DNA of 64,000 nucleotides from Styela clava (Eukaryota): NCBI RefSeq assembly GCF_964204865.1, contig NC_135259.1, positions 7,688,001 to 7,752,000 of the forward strand, read 5' to 3'. Shown piece by piece: positions 40,070 to 54,300 of this stretch (position 1 is its first letter; each line of letters starts with the position of its first letter). The notes under the pieces were generated by a model. It saw only the letters and a program-made list of their open reading frames with translations, ran no database searches and was not told where the DNA came from. The position numbers and the translations under genes were made by a program.

Positions 40070-42106
40070 AATAAAAATGTCAACATCCACTTGCTTAGCT
40101 ATATATGTTATGATCGAACTTGCAGTAAAAAATAAAAATGTTTGGAAGTTCATCTTTTTCTCGTGGCCGAATTAAAACCGGACCGGACTCAAGAAATAAC
40201 TCAAGAGTCTGGTCAAACTTGCAGGTTAAAACTAAATTAAAAATCATGGATCATCGTCACAGGACGTGACAAGCTATATGTCAGTCCTTGTACTATATTA
40301 CTGGTACCCCGATACATGTACTGGTAAGTTACCGCATATGATTTTGGGAAGCCTATTATGGGAATGGTAGACTGCGTTATTTGATCTGGTATTCTGAAAA
40401 TGACTCGGATCTATTGGTTTACGTTGACACTGAATTCTGAAGAATGGATCATCGTCCCAGGGCCCGGAAAAGCTATGACAGTCCCTGTACCGTCGTGGCA
40501 CCTCGATACAGGTATTGGTAAGTAGGCTAACGCTAATGCATACTGGTATATGATTTTTGGGGAATGGGTGATAAAATATTTTGTTTAGTCTCCCGTGTTC
40601 ACATATTTGAGCATAGCTCTCTGTTTATATTTACTCTGATACAGGTTCTATTTCAACATCGGAGAAGAATCTACATGAATCATTCATTTTTTTTATCTGA
40701 TTGAGCTAATCATCTAAAGAGTTTTCCCTTGAAATAAAAAAAAATAACTTTTTATTGGCTGCAAACTCTTTCCCATTTAAGAAATTTTGCGCCACTGTGC
40801 TCATTTTAGAGATTATATTGAACTATGTTGCTCTCAACTTGTCACTCCGAAAGAAGTTTTCAGTCGTCAAACGCGGTTCAGCTCTAAACACTTTTTTTTA
40901 ACAAACACCTGAAGTTGGTTATTCTATTTTCTAGTTAATTTTATTGTTTATTTGATATTTCGCATTAAAGTGTTGCTCACTATAACTGTATACGTGGGAA
41001 GTACTACCGCGTAAAAAAACTTGGCAGCATTCATTCAGCTTAAAGTAAAGCCACGCCACGATTTCAAAAACTCGCTGATGGCAAACACGCACAGTTTTTC
41101 GCACGTAATTTGTGGAGAAAGAATTTCTATGTAAAAATTAATGTTTTATATTAGTCATTCAATTTTCAATTTTGCGGCCATGAAGTACTATAAGTGTCGT
41201 TTAGATTTGGGCATATCCTTGAGTCGCGAGGTTTAGCAAAATTTAATTTTTAAAGAATTTGGGTCGCTTCAAAAAGAGGTTGAGAACCACTGTGATAGAC
41301 TACACATTTTTTCCATGAACTGCCTTACGTCTTAGCTGTTTTCATGATCGTATTGGCATTACATGCTTCAAGTCTGGTGTTATTTGGTATTTATAAACAC
41401 TACATTTTCGGTACCTTTTGGCATTTCATTAGTTTTTCGTACCTACGCTCAGAGATCAATATCCCCAAATTCTATGTAAGTGCTCGTGACCTTGATTTAG
41501 AAACAAACGTGTGAATAAGACCGTCTGGGACGATGGAATACAAAATATAAAATTCAAATTGTCTGCACGACATGTTTCAATTGTGTATATACAAAGTAAA
41601 GCAAAACAAATGAAATCCATAAATAAGGCGCCCAATTTTCATTCCATCAGTTGTGTTCGACCAACGAATGGAAAGACATGGTAGTCCGAAAGAAACCTTT
41701 GCGAAATAAAGTCTATCTCAGGCAACTGCTCAATGAGTTGTACTTGACTTTTGTCCAAAGTAGACATGTATTCGCTTTTTTCATCAATGAGGCTTGTAAT
41801 ATTTCTATGGAAATTAGTTTTAAAGGCAGTTTTAAAGGCAATTTTTTAGATGTGAAAAAGATATTTGAAACTGCATAATATCTATTTACAAATATAATGA
41901 CAATATATTCGGTGAAGACTGTATTTTTTAATTCTTTTTGGTGTGTAGAACTATTTTACTCACATCAAGTTGAAAGAAGAGCATTATCTGCAAATTTAAT
42001 TTCAAATCAAATATCAATAATTAATTCTTACTACCGATTAAAAATTGATACAACTTTTTTTCTAAGTGTATAAGTATACAGAAATATTGCAACGAGCTAT
42101 ATTAAA

Positions 42107-43030
42107 ATGAAGACGATTTGCATTGTATTATTTGTATCTTTTCTTCTCTTCATTTCATTTGAGTAAGTGGATTATTGTATTTTTGCATCTAATGTGATAT
42201 AGAAATATACGTAGTAGTAACAAACAAAAAAAGTTGTTATGAAAAATTATTAAAGAATTGTTGTTTTCATTCTTTATCCAAAACAAATTTATATTTTTCT
42301 GGTGAGAGTAAATGTTCATCCATTTTAATATGAAGATTATCTTTATAGTGTGATTGTAACTTTGAAGTATCCATTGTAAGAGTTTAATATTAAACCAAAT
42401 TAAACAACAAAACACCATTTATTATATATACGATTTGGAAGACCAATTTTCTGAATTTATTTGTTATCAGCACATTTTACGAATCAGAAATATACAAATA
42501 AAATTGAGTAAATTAACGGACAGGTGTTCGATACACGTAACAATTTCCATATCCATATTGGAGTTTTTATAAATGTTAATTATGTGTTTTTGAAAGGTTG
42601 TGTGCTGGAGGGACATGTAATGGGACTTTTTGTAGAGGGTATTGCTGCTTAATTCAACAGCACCAAGATTATGTTGCGAGATGCCTGACTGTAAGTATTT
42701 AAATTCAAAGATAATTTTTTCAAAGCCAAGCACTCGCTCAAGTACTCATCTATGATTAAATATGTACACTCTATAATGTTTTTTATTGCGAGTTTTGTGT
42801 ATTGAATTTCAGAAACATTCAAATTTTTTAAAAATATATCTCGGTTTTCGGTTTTAATTTATTTCATAAATGCAGTATTATTGTATCTAAAATTTGTCAA
42901 TACCATTTATTGTAGACCTAATTTCATTTGTCTAGCTTCGAAAAATAGGGCGTTTTTTTTTAATTTGGGATTCTGTCGTAATTCACACAAAAACTAAGAA
43001 TAATATTTTCTGCTGTCCCAGGTTTGTTAA
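42107..43030 (+). CDS. Putative small secreted cysteine-rich peptide (52 aa precursor), 3 exons
   Basis: Exons 42107-42162, 42597-42690 (both with GTAAGT donors) and 43022-43030 (strong acceptor ttttctgctgtcccag, AATAAA at ~43052) give MKTICIVLFVSFLLFISFELCAG-GTCNGTFCRGYCCLIQQHQDYVARCLTVC*. The last exon is uncertain. Confidence 0.6.
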
Positions 43031-43189
43031 AGCGTATGACTATTGTTCCAAAATAAACAAAAATTTAATTTCAAAAACGCAAAATTGGGATTTTTACGGT
43101 TAGTTATCCATGTCGCATCTGACGTTAATCAGTCTTTTTAGATCTTGAAATATTTGGCCGAAGAAGTTATAACTTAGAATTTTTCTATT

Positions 43190-43700
43190 AATCCCTGGGA
43201 AGATGAAAGTCAATCATATGGCGTACCACACCCTCTCGTCTGGTTACCACTCAATTTCGAGTATGGGATTGGTTTTTTTTGTGGGGTGGGAAAAGCAGCT
43301 AAAGCGTTTACGTGACTCATCCTACGGAGGAGAGGGGTTTAGCAATCCTCTCGCACATAATTTGGTACTCCTGAAGTATGTGAACCAAGATGGCGGTCAC
43401 CGGAACGTAGTATGTGTACAAGGTGAGGGTTAGACTATAATTTCAGGTACAAATACTACGGGAGTCAATTGGCTAGACCCCGAACTCGAAATAGAACTAA
43501 AATAGGGAAAATTGGAATAAAATTATGGCGTAATCCCTAACCTGGTACAAGTACCACGTTCCGGTGTCCACCATCTTGGTTCACGTACTTCGGGAGTACC
43601 CATAATTACCACCCATGGGATTCGAACGTGCAAATCCACCCAGATTAATCAAGGTGCGATGGCAAGCGTATTTTGAACGCTTAGAGCAATGCGCACTAAC
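43190..43700 (-). mobile_element. tRNA-derived SINE interrupted by a MITE
   Basis: Minus-strand B-box GTTCGAATCCC (~43617-43627) within a tRNA-like head. Body homologous to 8030-8260. Confidence 0.7.
43364..43600. mobile_element. Merlin-like MITE inserted in the SINE
   Basis: TIR GGTACTCC.GAAGTA.GTGAACCAAGATGG; flanks cataattt / cataatta (7 of 8 TSD). Confidence 0.8.
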
Positions 43701-44554
43701 AACTATCACAATGATATATTTCTATATTGTATTAATAATTTTATTTAATAAATTATAATATACTATTTTTTTTTTAGTCGGAAATTTCTATCTGCTGCAG
43801 TGGACGTATGTACTGAGCATGTATATATGTTCATTGGCTTTGTAACCAAAGAATTGACTATTGACTGGGAACGATGGTGCCGTATTTATTCTATATCTAG
43901 AAATAACCACAATATCATTATATACTCAGAGTAAACAAAAACGAAATATATATCTTTAAGTAAAATATCCTTAAAAATTTCAATATTCTTCTTAAAATCA
44001 AAACCGGGAATAAAGATTATTGTTTTCAATTTGTCTGAACATTTTCAAATGAATGCATTTTTTTGTATTTTGCTAAAGCGATTTGCTTCAATTCTTTCCT
44101 GCAAATTTTAAGTAATAGACATCGGAAAAATACAATTCAACAATATTGATTTACTTCAGTGTGGGCTGTAGGAAAATAAATAGTTTTGTTACTTATATAA
44201 AAGGACCTTGTTAGATCAGTTCAGTCACTTTCAAAATACAAATCAGCATATGATAGGGCATAAATTAATCCTTGTGACAACCAGCATTCAAAGGTGAGGC
44301 TGTGATTCCTTGATGCCTGTTATTGAAGATTTATAAGATGATTTAGAAGTATCCGATATTATGCACGCACTTGGTCCATTAGTTTATGGCTTGTTATTGT
44401 ACTACTAAAACCAACTGTTTGCGAGTACTACACTAAAGTGGGGCGTCTTAGTAGAGCTCAGTAGCAAGTAACTTTTTACTTTGAACATAATTTCCAGTTC
44501 CCAATGTTCAACCGTAGCCAAGCAAAAAACCAACGAGGCGTTGTTGCGTTATAT

Positions 44555-45200
44555 CAGGGGTCGGGAATCTTTTTGGTCAAGAGAGCCATAAAAGGTACAT
44601 ATTTTCAACTGCATTATCGTGCGAGCCATGTAGCATTTCTTCATTCAATCAGGCCTGAAATTTTTACTAGAAAGTCAACACATACAATGTCAATATACAT
44701 TTAATGTGACTTCTGATGCTGCATGTTGTCACTTCGGGTTTGAGCGGCTGCTCACATGCAGCACAAGTTGAAATCTACGATACTCATCACTCTTCTTTCG
44801 TTTAGGCATCTCCGTAGGATTTTAAAACCAGCTTTGCTAGTCCGATTTGAATATGAAAAATACTGTAACTAATACGTTAAAACGAAAGAGAAGCTTTATT
44901 CTATTGCTCCTCCTTCTTTACTCTATCACTTTGCGATGTCACAAAATATGTTCCAGAATTCCCTAGTTTTGTCACAAATGTCTGTCTGGTAATTAATTCT
45001 CTTAGATAGCATAGACTTGCGCTGGGCGCGCAATCTCAAACGTATTGGCAAACTTTCTGCAAAATTTGGCTATAAAATAGTTTGAAATATCCTAACAATA
45101 GTAAGCTTAGCCTCTGAATACTAAATTTTTCTGGGAGCCATAATATGCTGTCACCAAATAAGCCATACATGGCTCGCGAGCCATGGGTTCCCGGCCTCCG
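44555..45200. mobile_element. Degenerate hAT-like MITE
   Basis: CAGGGGTCGGGAA...gagcca left end; ggctcgcgagccatgggttcccggcctcc right end. No clear TSD. Confidence 0.5.
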
Positions 45201-45774
45201 CCAAGTCTGGAGCTTAAAACTATGACGCTATCTGTTGGCTTCCATGTTTCATTCAATGTTAATGCGTCGAAATTACTGTTGTCTATCCCTAATTCGACTC
45301 ACCGAGCTATTGCGGTAAGGAGGCAAATAATTTCGACAAATTCAGTATTCAACAACTCTTGACAAAGAACTAGCCTAAAAATTGCTATCAAAATACTTGT
45401 GAAAAAAGCCTCGCGGTTATGTTGTTGAGTGATTCAGAGGTGGTGTATTGTGTGCTCTTTGCAATACAAAAGATACGAGTCAACATCAAAGTTAGATGTA
45501 AAATGTCGACATTTGTATTAATCTGTTAAAATATTGTTGTTATTCATGTTGATGTGTAAAATAGGATTCCATCAATTCCGTGAATTTGAACAAATAACTG
45601 GCTAACTAATCTAATGCACGACATGGACTGATAAGCGGACAAGAGTACGAAGTACATTATAAGATTACGCAGTCTTGTCGGCTTTCCTTTTCGATAAATA
45701 TAAAAATCCTGTCCTATCCAACAACAAAATTTAAATCAATCTCCTAGGCCTACGGTGAATATACAATCGGTAAT

Positions 45775-47150
45775 ATGATACAAAGAAGCAGACGATCCGT
45801 TTGTGACGAAAGGAATAAGTTATCTGATAGAATCATCGATAGAATTCGAGAACTTTATTAAATTTCTCTTCTTTGTGTCGTCTTAGACATAATAAATGAT
45901 ACGCACATTATATCGTCTGAAGTTCTGTATTGTTTTCAACAACGAAGAAATGCGTGTGTAATATTTTGATACATAGTCGAGTGACAACATTCGTTTCGGC
46001 AAAGGGGTAATTTGATCGATTTCCTCACATTTTCTGCGATGAAGTAAAAATCTCGATGTCTGCAACAAACAAAGATATATATCAAAAACTATTGATTCTC
46101 TAAAATAGTAGTGTTCAGTCATATACAAAAGAAATTTTGGTTGGGCCTGATTTCTAGCAGACATAAACAAAACCGTACCCTGCCATACAATTCTGTTGTG
46201 AAACATGGATGATATAGAAATTTGCAGATATCAGCTATTTAAATACGCTTGGCTTTTATTGACCCATACCTTCCGCACCTTGAGTCCATTTTGTATGATC
46301 CATTTACAAATTTATATTTGGCTCCTAAACTTCACTCGTGGCTTTGCAGAAGCGTATGCTTGAGTTCTATCAAATATTAGATTACATAGATGAAGATGCT
46401 CTTTAGACTTGTCACTATAGAAACCCTATGATTCCAGTTTTTAATTGTCGTCATCAAATTTTGTTGTCTCTTTGGGACACACCCAATGAGTTAACTATCA
46501 AAAATGAGTCACCTATTTAACCTAAAACTCAGGGGACTCGAGAGCGTCGGTGAGTCTCTCATAATGAACGCTCAAAGCCCTATCTTTTACTTTTTTTTAG
46601 ACGCAAGACATTACAAATATGTTAATAAAACCATAGCATTTTTGATTCAGAGACAAATCAAATTATAAGCGTTCAAGTCCAAATAAATTCTATTACTGTA
46701 AAATTACGTTTAGAATAGTAGTCTTGACTTTTAAACAGACATAAGTGAAATACAGTCATATATGAAGTATTGGAAGTATAAAAATGGGTTGATGATAAAC
46801 ATTCATATTTTGAAGTAGTAGAATCCGCATCAAAAACGTACAGCAAATACGGTACAATATAATGATGAACCGTCTTTTTAAAAAACAAAGTCCAAATTAA
46901 TCTCCCAGAGAGAATATAAAAATTGGTAATATAATACAAAGAAGCAGTCGATCCATTTGCAATGAAAAGAATAATTTATCACTGATGGAATTCGAGAACT
47001 TGATTCAATCAACTTCATTTGTCTACTTTGTGTCGTAAGAGATATAAATAATAAATGATAAGCACATCATAACGTCTGGTGTTTTGTATTGTTTTTGACA
47101 ACGAACAACTGCATTTGAAATATTTTGATACATAGTCGCATGACAACATT
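45775..47150. repeat. ~220-bp direct repeat pair (45775-45995 and 46931-47150)
   Basis: Shared blocks atacaaagaagcag.cgatcc, gaattcgagaactt, ttgtgtcgt, tattttgatacatagtcg..tgacaacatt. Confidence 0.75.
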
Positions 47151-47205
47151 TATTTTTTCAACAAGGAAATAGTTTTATCGAGGATAAATCAAGCAAAAAA
47201 AAAAA

Positions 47206-47248
47206 GCCGACGTTTCGTATTTCTATACAGAAAAAACTTCACCAGGGC
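47206..47248 (-). ncRNA. Minimal hammerhead ribozyme-like motif (Penelope type), core mutated
   Basis: Minus strand GCC-CTGGTGA-A-[GTTTTTTCT gtat AGAAATAC]-GAAAC-GTC-GGC: stems I and II and the GUC site are present, but CUGANGA has an A-to-G change. Confidence 0.55.
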
Positions 47249-48331
47249 ATTATAAGGAAAGGACACTAGCGTATAGGTAAGCTAAGGAAAAGGGAGAAAA
47301 TATATCAAGGCGTCAAATTCAATCTAAAAATACGATATAATAATAATAGATCTAAGTAAATTAGCAAAAGTTCAAACAAACATGGGGACTATCTGAACAA
47401 CGATTTATACACAGACGGTAACAGGGGCGTTTCTTTGCCATTCATGTGCATGCCACAATCAAGCATACATATCCAATACAATTGCTTCGTTATAGTCAGG
47501 TTAGAGAAAAAAGAGTTTAGTTACTTTTAAAATCACTTAAATGTTAGCAAATTTAACGAAACCGTATGCTCCCACGCGATTTTGCCGTGAAACCAAAATA
47601 ATATCATTTTTATAGGTGGCAACTGTAAATAAGAGTTTTTTTTAAATACCTCCCACGTTATATATATTGGTTTTCAAGTTAAAATGCAACTGTGGTAAGG
47701 TCAGAATTCTACGTTTAGCTAAAGTTATCGTTAAAACTAAATTCATTTGTGTCGTCGTGTGTAGAAATAAGTTCAATGTAAGGGTAGAGTACTTGTGGAA
47801 CAAGTAATCGTGCCAATCGTAAATTGCCTTATGTGTAATGACTTATGGAACGTGAGGTGAATATTATGCATGCGACTCGTAAACAATATATCAATACAAG
47901 TACGTCGCAGCAGCTGAAGAATATAATTTCTAGTTAGAAAATATTTAACATTTACTCAATTATTTATTACTTCTGGAATTATATCAATCTGTGGGTCTTA
48001 AAAGCACACACCGGTATGTCTTGCTCTTTTACCGTGCACCGTTATTTAATTAAGTAGGCAAGGTGCGATTAACTCAGCGACGGCCAGCCGAACAGTGCAA
48101 TATATATATACCAAAATAATATGTTCTATCGCTGGTAGATATGAGGAATGTGTAACGTGTTGCCACGGAACGTTCAGGGGTATCATTTGTTTGAATTCAT
48201 GACAACTATATTTTTGAAAAAATTCAGTGATACTAATAAGACTATTTCTATAGATATCTAGAAGTAACGTGAATTATTTAATTTACTCAATCAATTGGTA
48301 ACAAACTTGAGCGGGCCACAAATGCAGACAC

Positions 48332-51300
48332 ATGTCTTCTTGTTGCTACGGGACGAAAACCAAAGTAATAGCAGTGACAGAACAAAGGCAAGACGAACTA
48401 TCCTCTGAGAGTGATTGGGATGGAATTAACAAAGAATTCGCTACATCCACGTCATGCCACGGAGTACAGTATTGGTACACAAGTAAATGTAGATGCTTGA
48501 AAGTTTTCTGGATATTTCTGGTTCTTGGTAAGTTTATTGTATAAGCCAGGGTTACTCAACTGGCGGACCGCAGTCCGAATCCGGACCTTTCGAGTATTTG
48601 ATTCGGACCGCATCACATTCTTTTTTTTGGATCATTTGCCTCACTTTTAAAGTTTCATTTTATAAAATGACTTTCATTGTTTTGAATATATATGAAAAGA
48701 ACTATAACACCACACACGAAACAATCTTGATTAGCTGATAATCATGAACCGGTCGAGGAAGTGCGCGTTCAAGAATGGCGGAATGTAATTTCTGGAAAGA
48801 CCGGACCCAAATAGTTTTAAAGTTTTGTATGCGGATCTTCGGTAAATATAGTTGAGCAGCCTGGTATAAGCTATAAACTACTGTCCCCAATTTTGGTTCA
48901 AATTGCAAGTTGGGTTACGGGGTTCAACGGAAGCTAAAGACATTGCCGAATACTTTTTGATTTAAAATACGTACCATAATTATAATGTTCTACACGTTCC
49001 GCCAGTTTGATGAAATAACTTTGATCTAAATATCCGAGTTAAATAAATAATACAATATTCATTTCGGAATTGTTTCACAATGGTTCTCTAAAAATGTGAT
49101 TATTTCTTAATCTTAAGGATTGTGATAAAGATGCCAAACAGGGTATCCCGTTCATTTTTACATGTGGCAAATAAAATTTAATAGAATGAGTTTAGGTATA
49201 ATGAATATGAAAATTACCTTGCCGAATCTCAATCTGTTTTGGATTTTATTTACCAAAAACAAAATGGTCATACCTTGGAATAGTCTCTTGTATGATTGAA
49301 TAATTTTTTATATATTTTGATTGGATACTGATTTTGTTTATTTTTATATCATCTAGCAACTACAATGTTTATTTCCAGGTTTTGTTGGCGTTTTATCTTA
49401 CCAAATCACTCTAAGAATCCAAACGTATTTTCTATATGAAACAAGCACAGATATTTCTGAACAATTCGTTTCGTATTTGGATTTTCCGGCTGTTACAGTA
49501 TGCAATTTCAACAGGTATGCAAATGTTTATTGGAGTTCTATGTATTATGGTAATTTTTCGTTGAGAAACGTTGGTTCTGGAATTATTTTTTGTATATCCG
49601 TATAATTGTTGTTCTAAATCCGCTTTTGTGAAACAACGCAAATTCTGCAAGTTAATCAATTCGGGCGCTGACTGTTAACAAATATCACATAAATAATGCA
49701 ACGGTAAGGTTTATAGGCGCTTGCTATTGTAGGTATCTGTCTCACTTGCCCTTTGATGTCATCATTTTCGGGTGGCTGTCAAACATTGGAAGTTGCATTT
49801 TTGCATGGATTTTAATTTACACCGGAATGGGTAAATTTTACTGCGCTTTTTCTATAAAAATATACATATTCACACATCTTAATATGTTAAAATTGCCTTA
49901 AGCAAAATATTTGTCACTATTGAGGCCAAATGCAAAATACGGACAGCGTTACCATAGGAAAGAGGGGTTGGCAAGCTATCAAATAATAACGCCTGATAAG
50001 TCGTGACCTTACGTTGATTTGTTTCGTTTTAAAACCCTTTGATGAAGTTTAGTATTCGATTTACCAATTTGCTCATTGCATGTATAAAAATAAGACACGA
50101 TTCCGGAAGTTTGAAGTTTCTATCTATCAATGGATGTATAGAAAACGAGGTATCTCTATTCCTGTTTGATTTCACCTGATTTCAGTGTTAAATTGTGTTT
50201 TTGATAGAATCGGAAGTGTTAGGATTATATAGCAAATTTATTCATCAATATCTCTCAGTTGGTGTCGATTCAAAATCTCACTTATAGCTCGTCGGAAAGG
50301 GCTAGTGAAGCGAAATTCGCAACTTGTATACGACAGAACACCGAAGCTTTAATGTTTCACTTAGCATAACCTTTTTTCCGCATTTTCGTTGACCGACCGA
50401 CCCCCCTGCAATGTAAAAAAAACCAGCTATCAACCTACAAGGAAGCCCAACACAGAGACACTAAAAATCCTCCGAAATGACACCTAAATTGATCACCATT
50501 TGTTTGATTCGTCGCATAGGAAACTTCGTTGATGAAATTGACAAATTTAATTCCTCACCTATAACGCGGTTTAAGAACATACATTTATCTACATATTATG
50601 ATTGCGTTAAGGATCAACGTTCATGTCTTTTTTCGAAATTTAAATCGGTGGTACTTGTGAATTTTAGCCTGGTAGAAAGTTTTATCTGGCGAAGTAACTG
50701 CTATTGAAAAATGTATTGCATACTTTGAATAACCTCTATGGTATATATATATATATTTCAAATTCTTCAATGCTTCAATTCTGCAATTTTAAACTTGCAC
50801 GGACTCCATAAAATCAGATGCTATGGCAGAGGCAAAGTCACACCTATCCGCTTTGTGAACATAATTTTTATAACAGTCTATCATTGTGATCAGTGCTTCA
50901 TTCAATAGAGAACGCAATTACGTTTTATCCCTTCACAAAACAACTTAGTAGAAAATCGTAATATTCTATTTTTGTCTCTGATGAAAAATTTAAATATTTG
51001 TTTACGAATATCAATCAGATCGCACAAAAATGAAACAAGTAGAACTTCAGAAAACCTTAAATAATTCATACAAAATGAAAACTTAATGATAGGTCATTAT
51101 CTTTAAATTGCAGAGATAATCAGTATCAGTCTGTATGTGATCGAAAAATATGATAACAAAAAACACGTAAATTTGTTTTGGCGTTTACAAGGTCATCAAA
51201 GAAATTTGTTTAGGGAGTTTAAGTATAGTATTCAAGTATAGTCAACTCATTGCAATACCATTACAAAATGTTTAATTACATTAGGGGCTTTTCAGAAAGA

Positions 51301-54300
51301 TCCCTGTCCGGTTTTAATGAGGTATCTATTAACAGCTGTTCAATAAGCCGGTGAGACACCAACCAACCAAGGTCAAAATCGAAATTTGACGAACAAGCTG
51401 CAATTTTTGAGCTCATACATCATACATCTTGAGAGAATTATCTGATGAACTTGCCTGGGCGTACAGAAAGCAATCAATATTTCTATCCGAAACGTTTCAG
51501 ATAAATTGTTTCTCAATAGTTTCGCGAATGAATATGTATTTTCAATGATTTATTTTGATTCATAAACTTAAAAATAGTCATGTATTTACGTATACCACGA
51601 CAAACATTGAGGCTGGACAAATTCCAAAAAAAATGAATATTATTCATTTGTTGTTATAGATATTTTCTCAACGCAACAACAAGTGAGCTGACAGGTATCT
51701 ATGCCATAAATCAGTTGTCAACATCATCAGCATTAGCATTTGCATCCGAAAATAATGACAAAAGAACGCATGACGCACTCTCTAATCTGGGACCTGATTT
51801 TAATGTTACAGAATATAGTTATCGGTACGGATTTTCGTTGAATTCGACGGTCATGCCACGTTGCACGTAAGACGAATTTTTTATTTTTTTCATTGTCTTC
51901 ATGTTGCAACCTAAAATTTGAAATCTCCTTTTGTCAACAAACATAATAATGGGGGAAATCACTTTACTCAGTAGCTTGATGCTTCACAGAGTTATCTTCG
52001 ATTTGTCATTTTGTATATAATTTTTACTGCCCTAATGCTTGTATTCTGATTGACGAAATAAATATCTCTCTTTCTCACTCATCCTATACGAGTGAGACCA
52101 CAATTTAACGTATTTTCGTAATGTTTTTCGCTGGATCCCAAAATGAACATTGGGTTGGGAAATGGGAAGCACTGAAATAATTAATTAAACGTTTCAATGA
52201 CAGGGTGGTGCCAGGGAACCAAGAAAATGTAAACCAATGCTTGCTCGGCATACGCAAATATCCATCATTATATGATCCACAAAATGTTGGAATATCATAT
52301 ATACAATCCATAACACTAAATTTTTTAATTTCGAAATAGGTTCAAAACTGAACATTGCTCTGAGAGTGACTTCACTCCAATCATTACGTCTTTGGGGAGA
52401 TGCCACACGTTTAATGAAGGAAATATAAGTCGCACCCAAAATATACCTGGATCAGGACATGGACTAAGTATGATCATCGACGTGCAACAATACCTTTATA
52501 CAGAGGAGCCTTTAGCTGGAATCGACGAAGCGGGAATTAAAGTTCAGGTCATAATAGTAAATTGGTTTTAAGTCCGTACTGTGTGACTAAGTTTTCAAAA
52601 CGTGAACGATGACACTGCAGAGCATATTCACCGTAGTGGGTGATCATATATTTTATGTTCTCGATAAAATCTCAAATTTCTATCGTTAAAATACCTTCAC
52701 AAAAATAATTTCATACTGTTGTCTCTCTTTTTCTTATTTTCCACATGTCTCAAATTTATTTCTAATATATATATTCACTTTTCGTCTTTTTTTTTCTTTG
52801 CTTCAGGTTCATCCTCCATATGAAGAACCTGACGTCGAAACGTACGGTGTTGCTGTGCCTGTCGGGCAAAAAGCATTCATAGAGGTTACGCGTGTGGACA
52901 ACGGGCTGATGTACGAACCATGGGGAAGGTGCGACCCTTCAAAGGAGTCTTTAAACTACTTCTCGACGTACACTTTGAACAATTGCCTAAATGGTATGAT
53001 TTTTCTATTTTGCGTAATTTGAGCGGAATCATATAATAAATACTGAACAAACTAAAATATCGCAAAAAGCGAATTCGTAAGTCGGTTCACTTTTCGAGCA
53101 AATGACAGATCCAAAATAAAACTCAAACCAGAAAACAGAAACTTTTTATTGATGTCCTGCACAGGAGAAAAAGACAAATAGACAACCTATTGTTCAATAT
53201 ATGAATAGATATCACGAACGACGCCGATTTTGTCACCAATGGATGTTTCTCAGGTGGTGAAACTTTGGTGAGACTTGATCATAAAATTTTGATCAGTTAG
53301 ACATGTTAAACATCAACAAATTACTACAAATTTAAAACTGTACAAGTAATACTATAGGGAGACAAGATGCGGCCTTAGGGATAAAGACTGTTCACCCTAA
53401 TATTCAAAGTTCGATTCCCACGTTATTAATTTCACGTGTTATGGAATGTGACTCCAATCTGGATTCCCTCAGACGATAATAAGCAAACGATGGTGATTGT
53501 CGAATTGTTGTAAATTATTGAAAAGATGCACGATCCAAATTCCAAATACAGATAAAATTGTACACACTTAATTCTTAATGCAATATTACGGTCAGATCAC
53601 AAGTCATATCACGAGTGAAACAAAAAACACAATATTATAGAGCAGGGATGGCGAACCACTGACCCGCGGGTCACAAAGTGACCCACCGCGTTTTATTCGT
53701 GACCCACTAAGGCACGAATAAAATAAAATACTAACATATCTGCGATTATAATTGATAAAACCGGCCTTAAATTAATCTAACAATAAGTAATCTATTATAA
53801 TGTACCGTCAGTTGGGCAGTCAGGGCTGCGATTGCTCATATTTAAATTGTTAATTCCTGGCCGGTATGGTAATTTTCAAAACCCCCAATCTTTGACGCAT
53901 GTCTGCACCGCTGTGTACCAAGATGACGCATAACCTGAAACCTAACCTGGTACACATACCATGTTCAGGTTGTGCGTCATCTTGGTACACATACTTTGGG
54001 AGCATCCTTTATTTAGCTATTGGCTCAGACATCGTTTATGACATGACAATGCAATTGATATTCATATCTCGCAACGTCTTGTCTCTTCAGGAAGTGCATT
54101 TGCAGACTGTTTTAGGGGTTATTCGAGAACAATGACGTTAAACAATGTCATTTGCGAGAAGTAGAAGCTACTTTGCATTTTATTAGTTTCTCGCCTACAA
54201 TGCCGTTTAGAAAACAAAATTTTTCAGACTTGAAATAAAAACCTAGAAATAACAATGGGGCAGTGTAAAAGTGCCTTGATGTGGTATAAAGCTGATCGAA

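Noticed and set aside
39060-40070. Duplicated segment as a coding exon pair
   Set aside because: The frames I translated on both strands contain multiple stops in both copies and show no protein motif.
51440-51505. CTGATGA...GAAACGTT as another hammerhead
   Set aside because: The intervening sequence cannot form stem II.
52204-52339. Upstream acceptor (cag at 52201-52203) for channel exon 4
   Set aside because: It leads to an in-frame TAG; the 52340 acceptor restores the conserved CTF...C...F motif.
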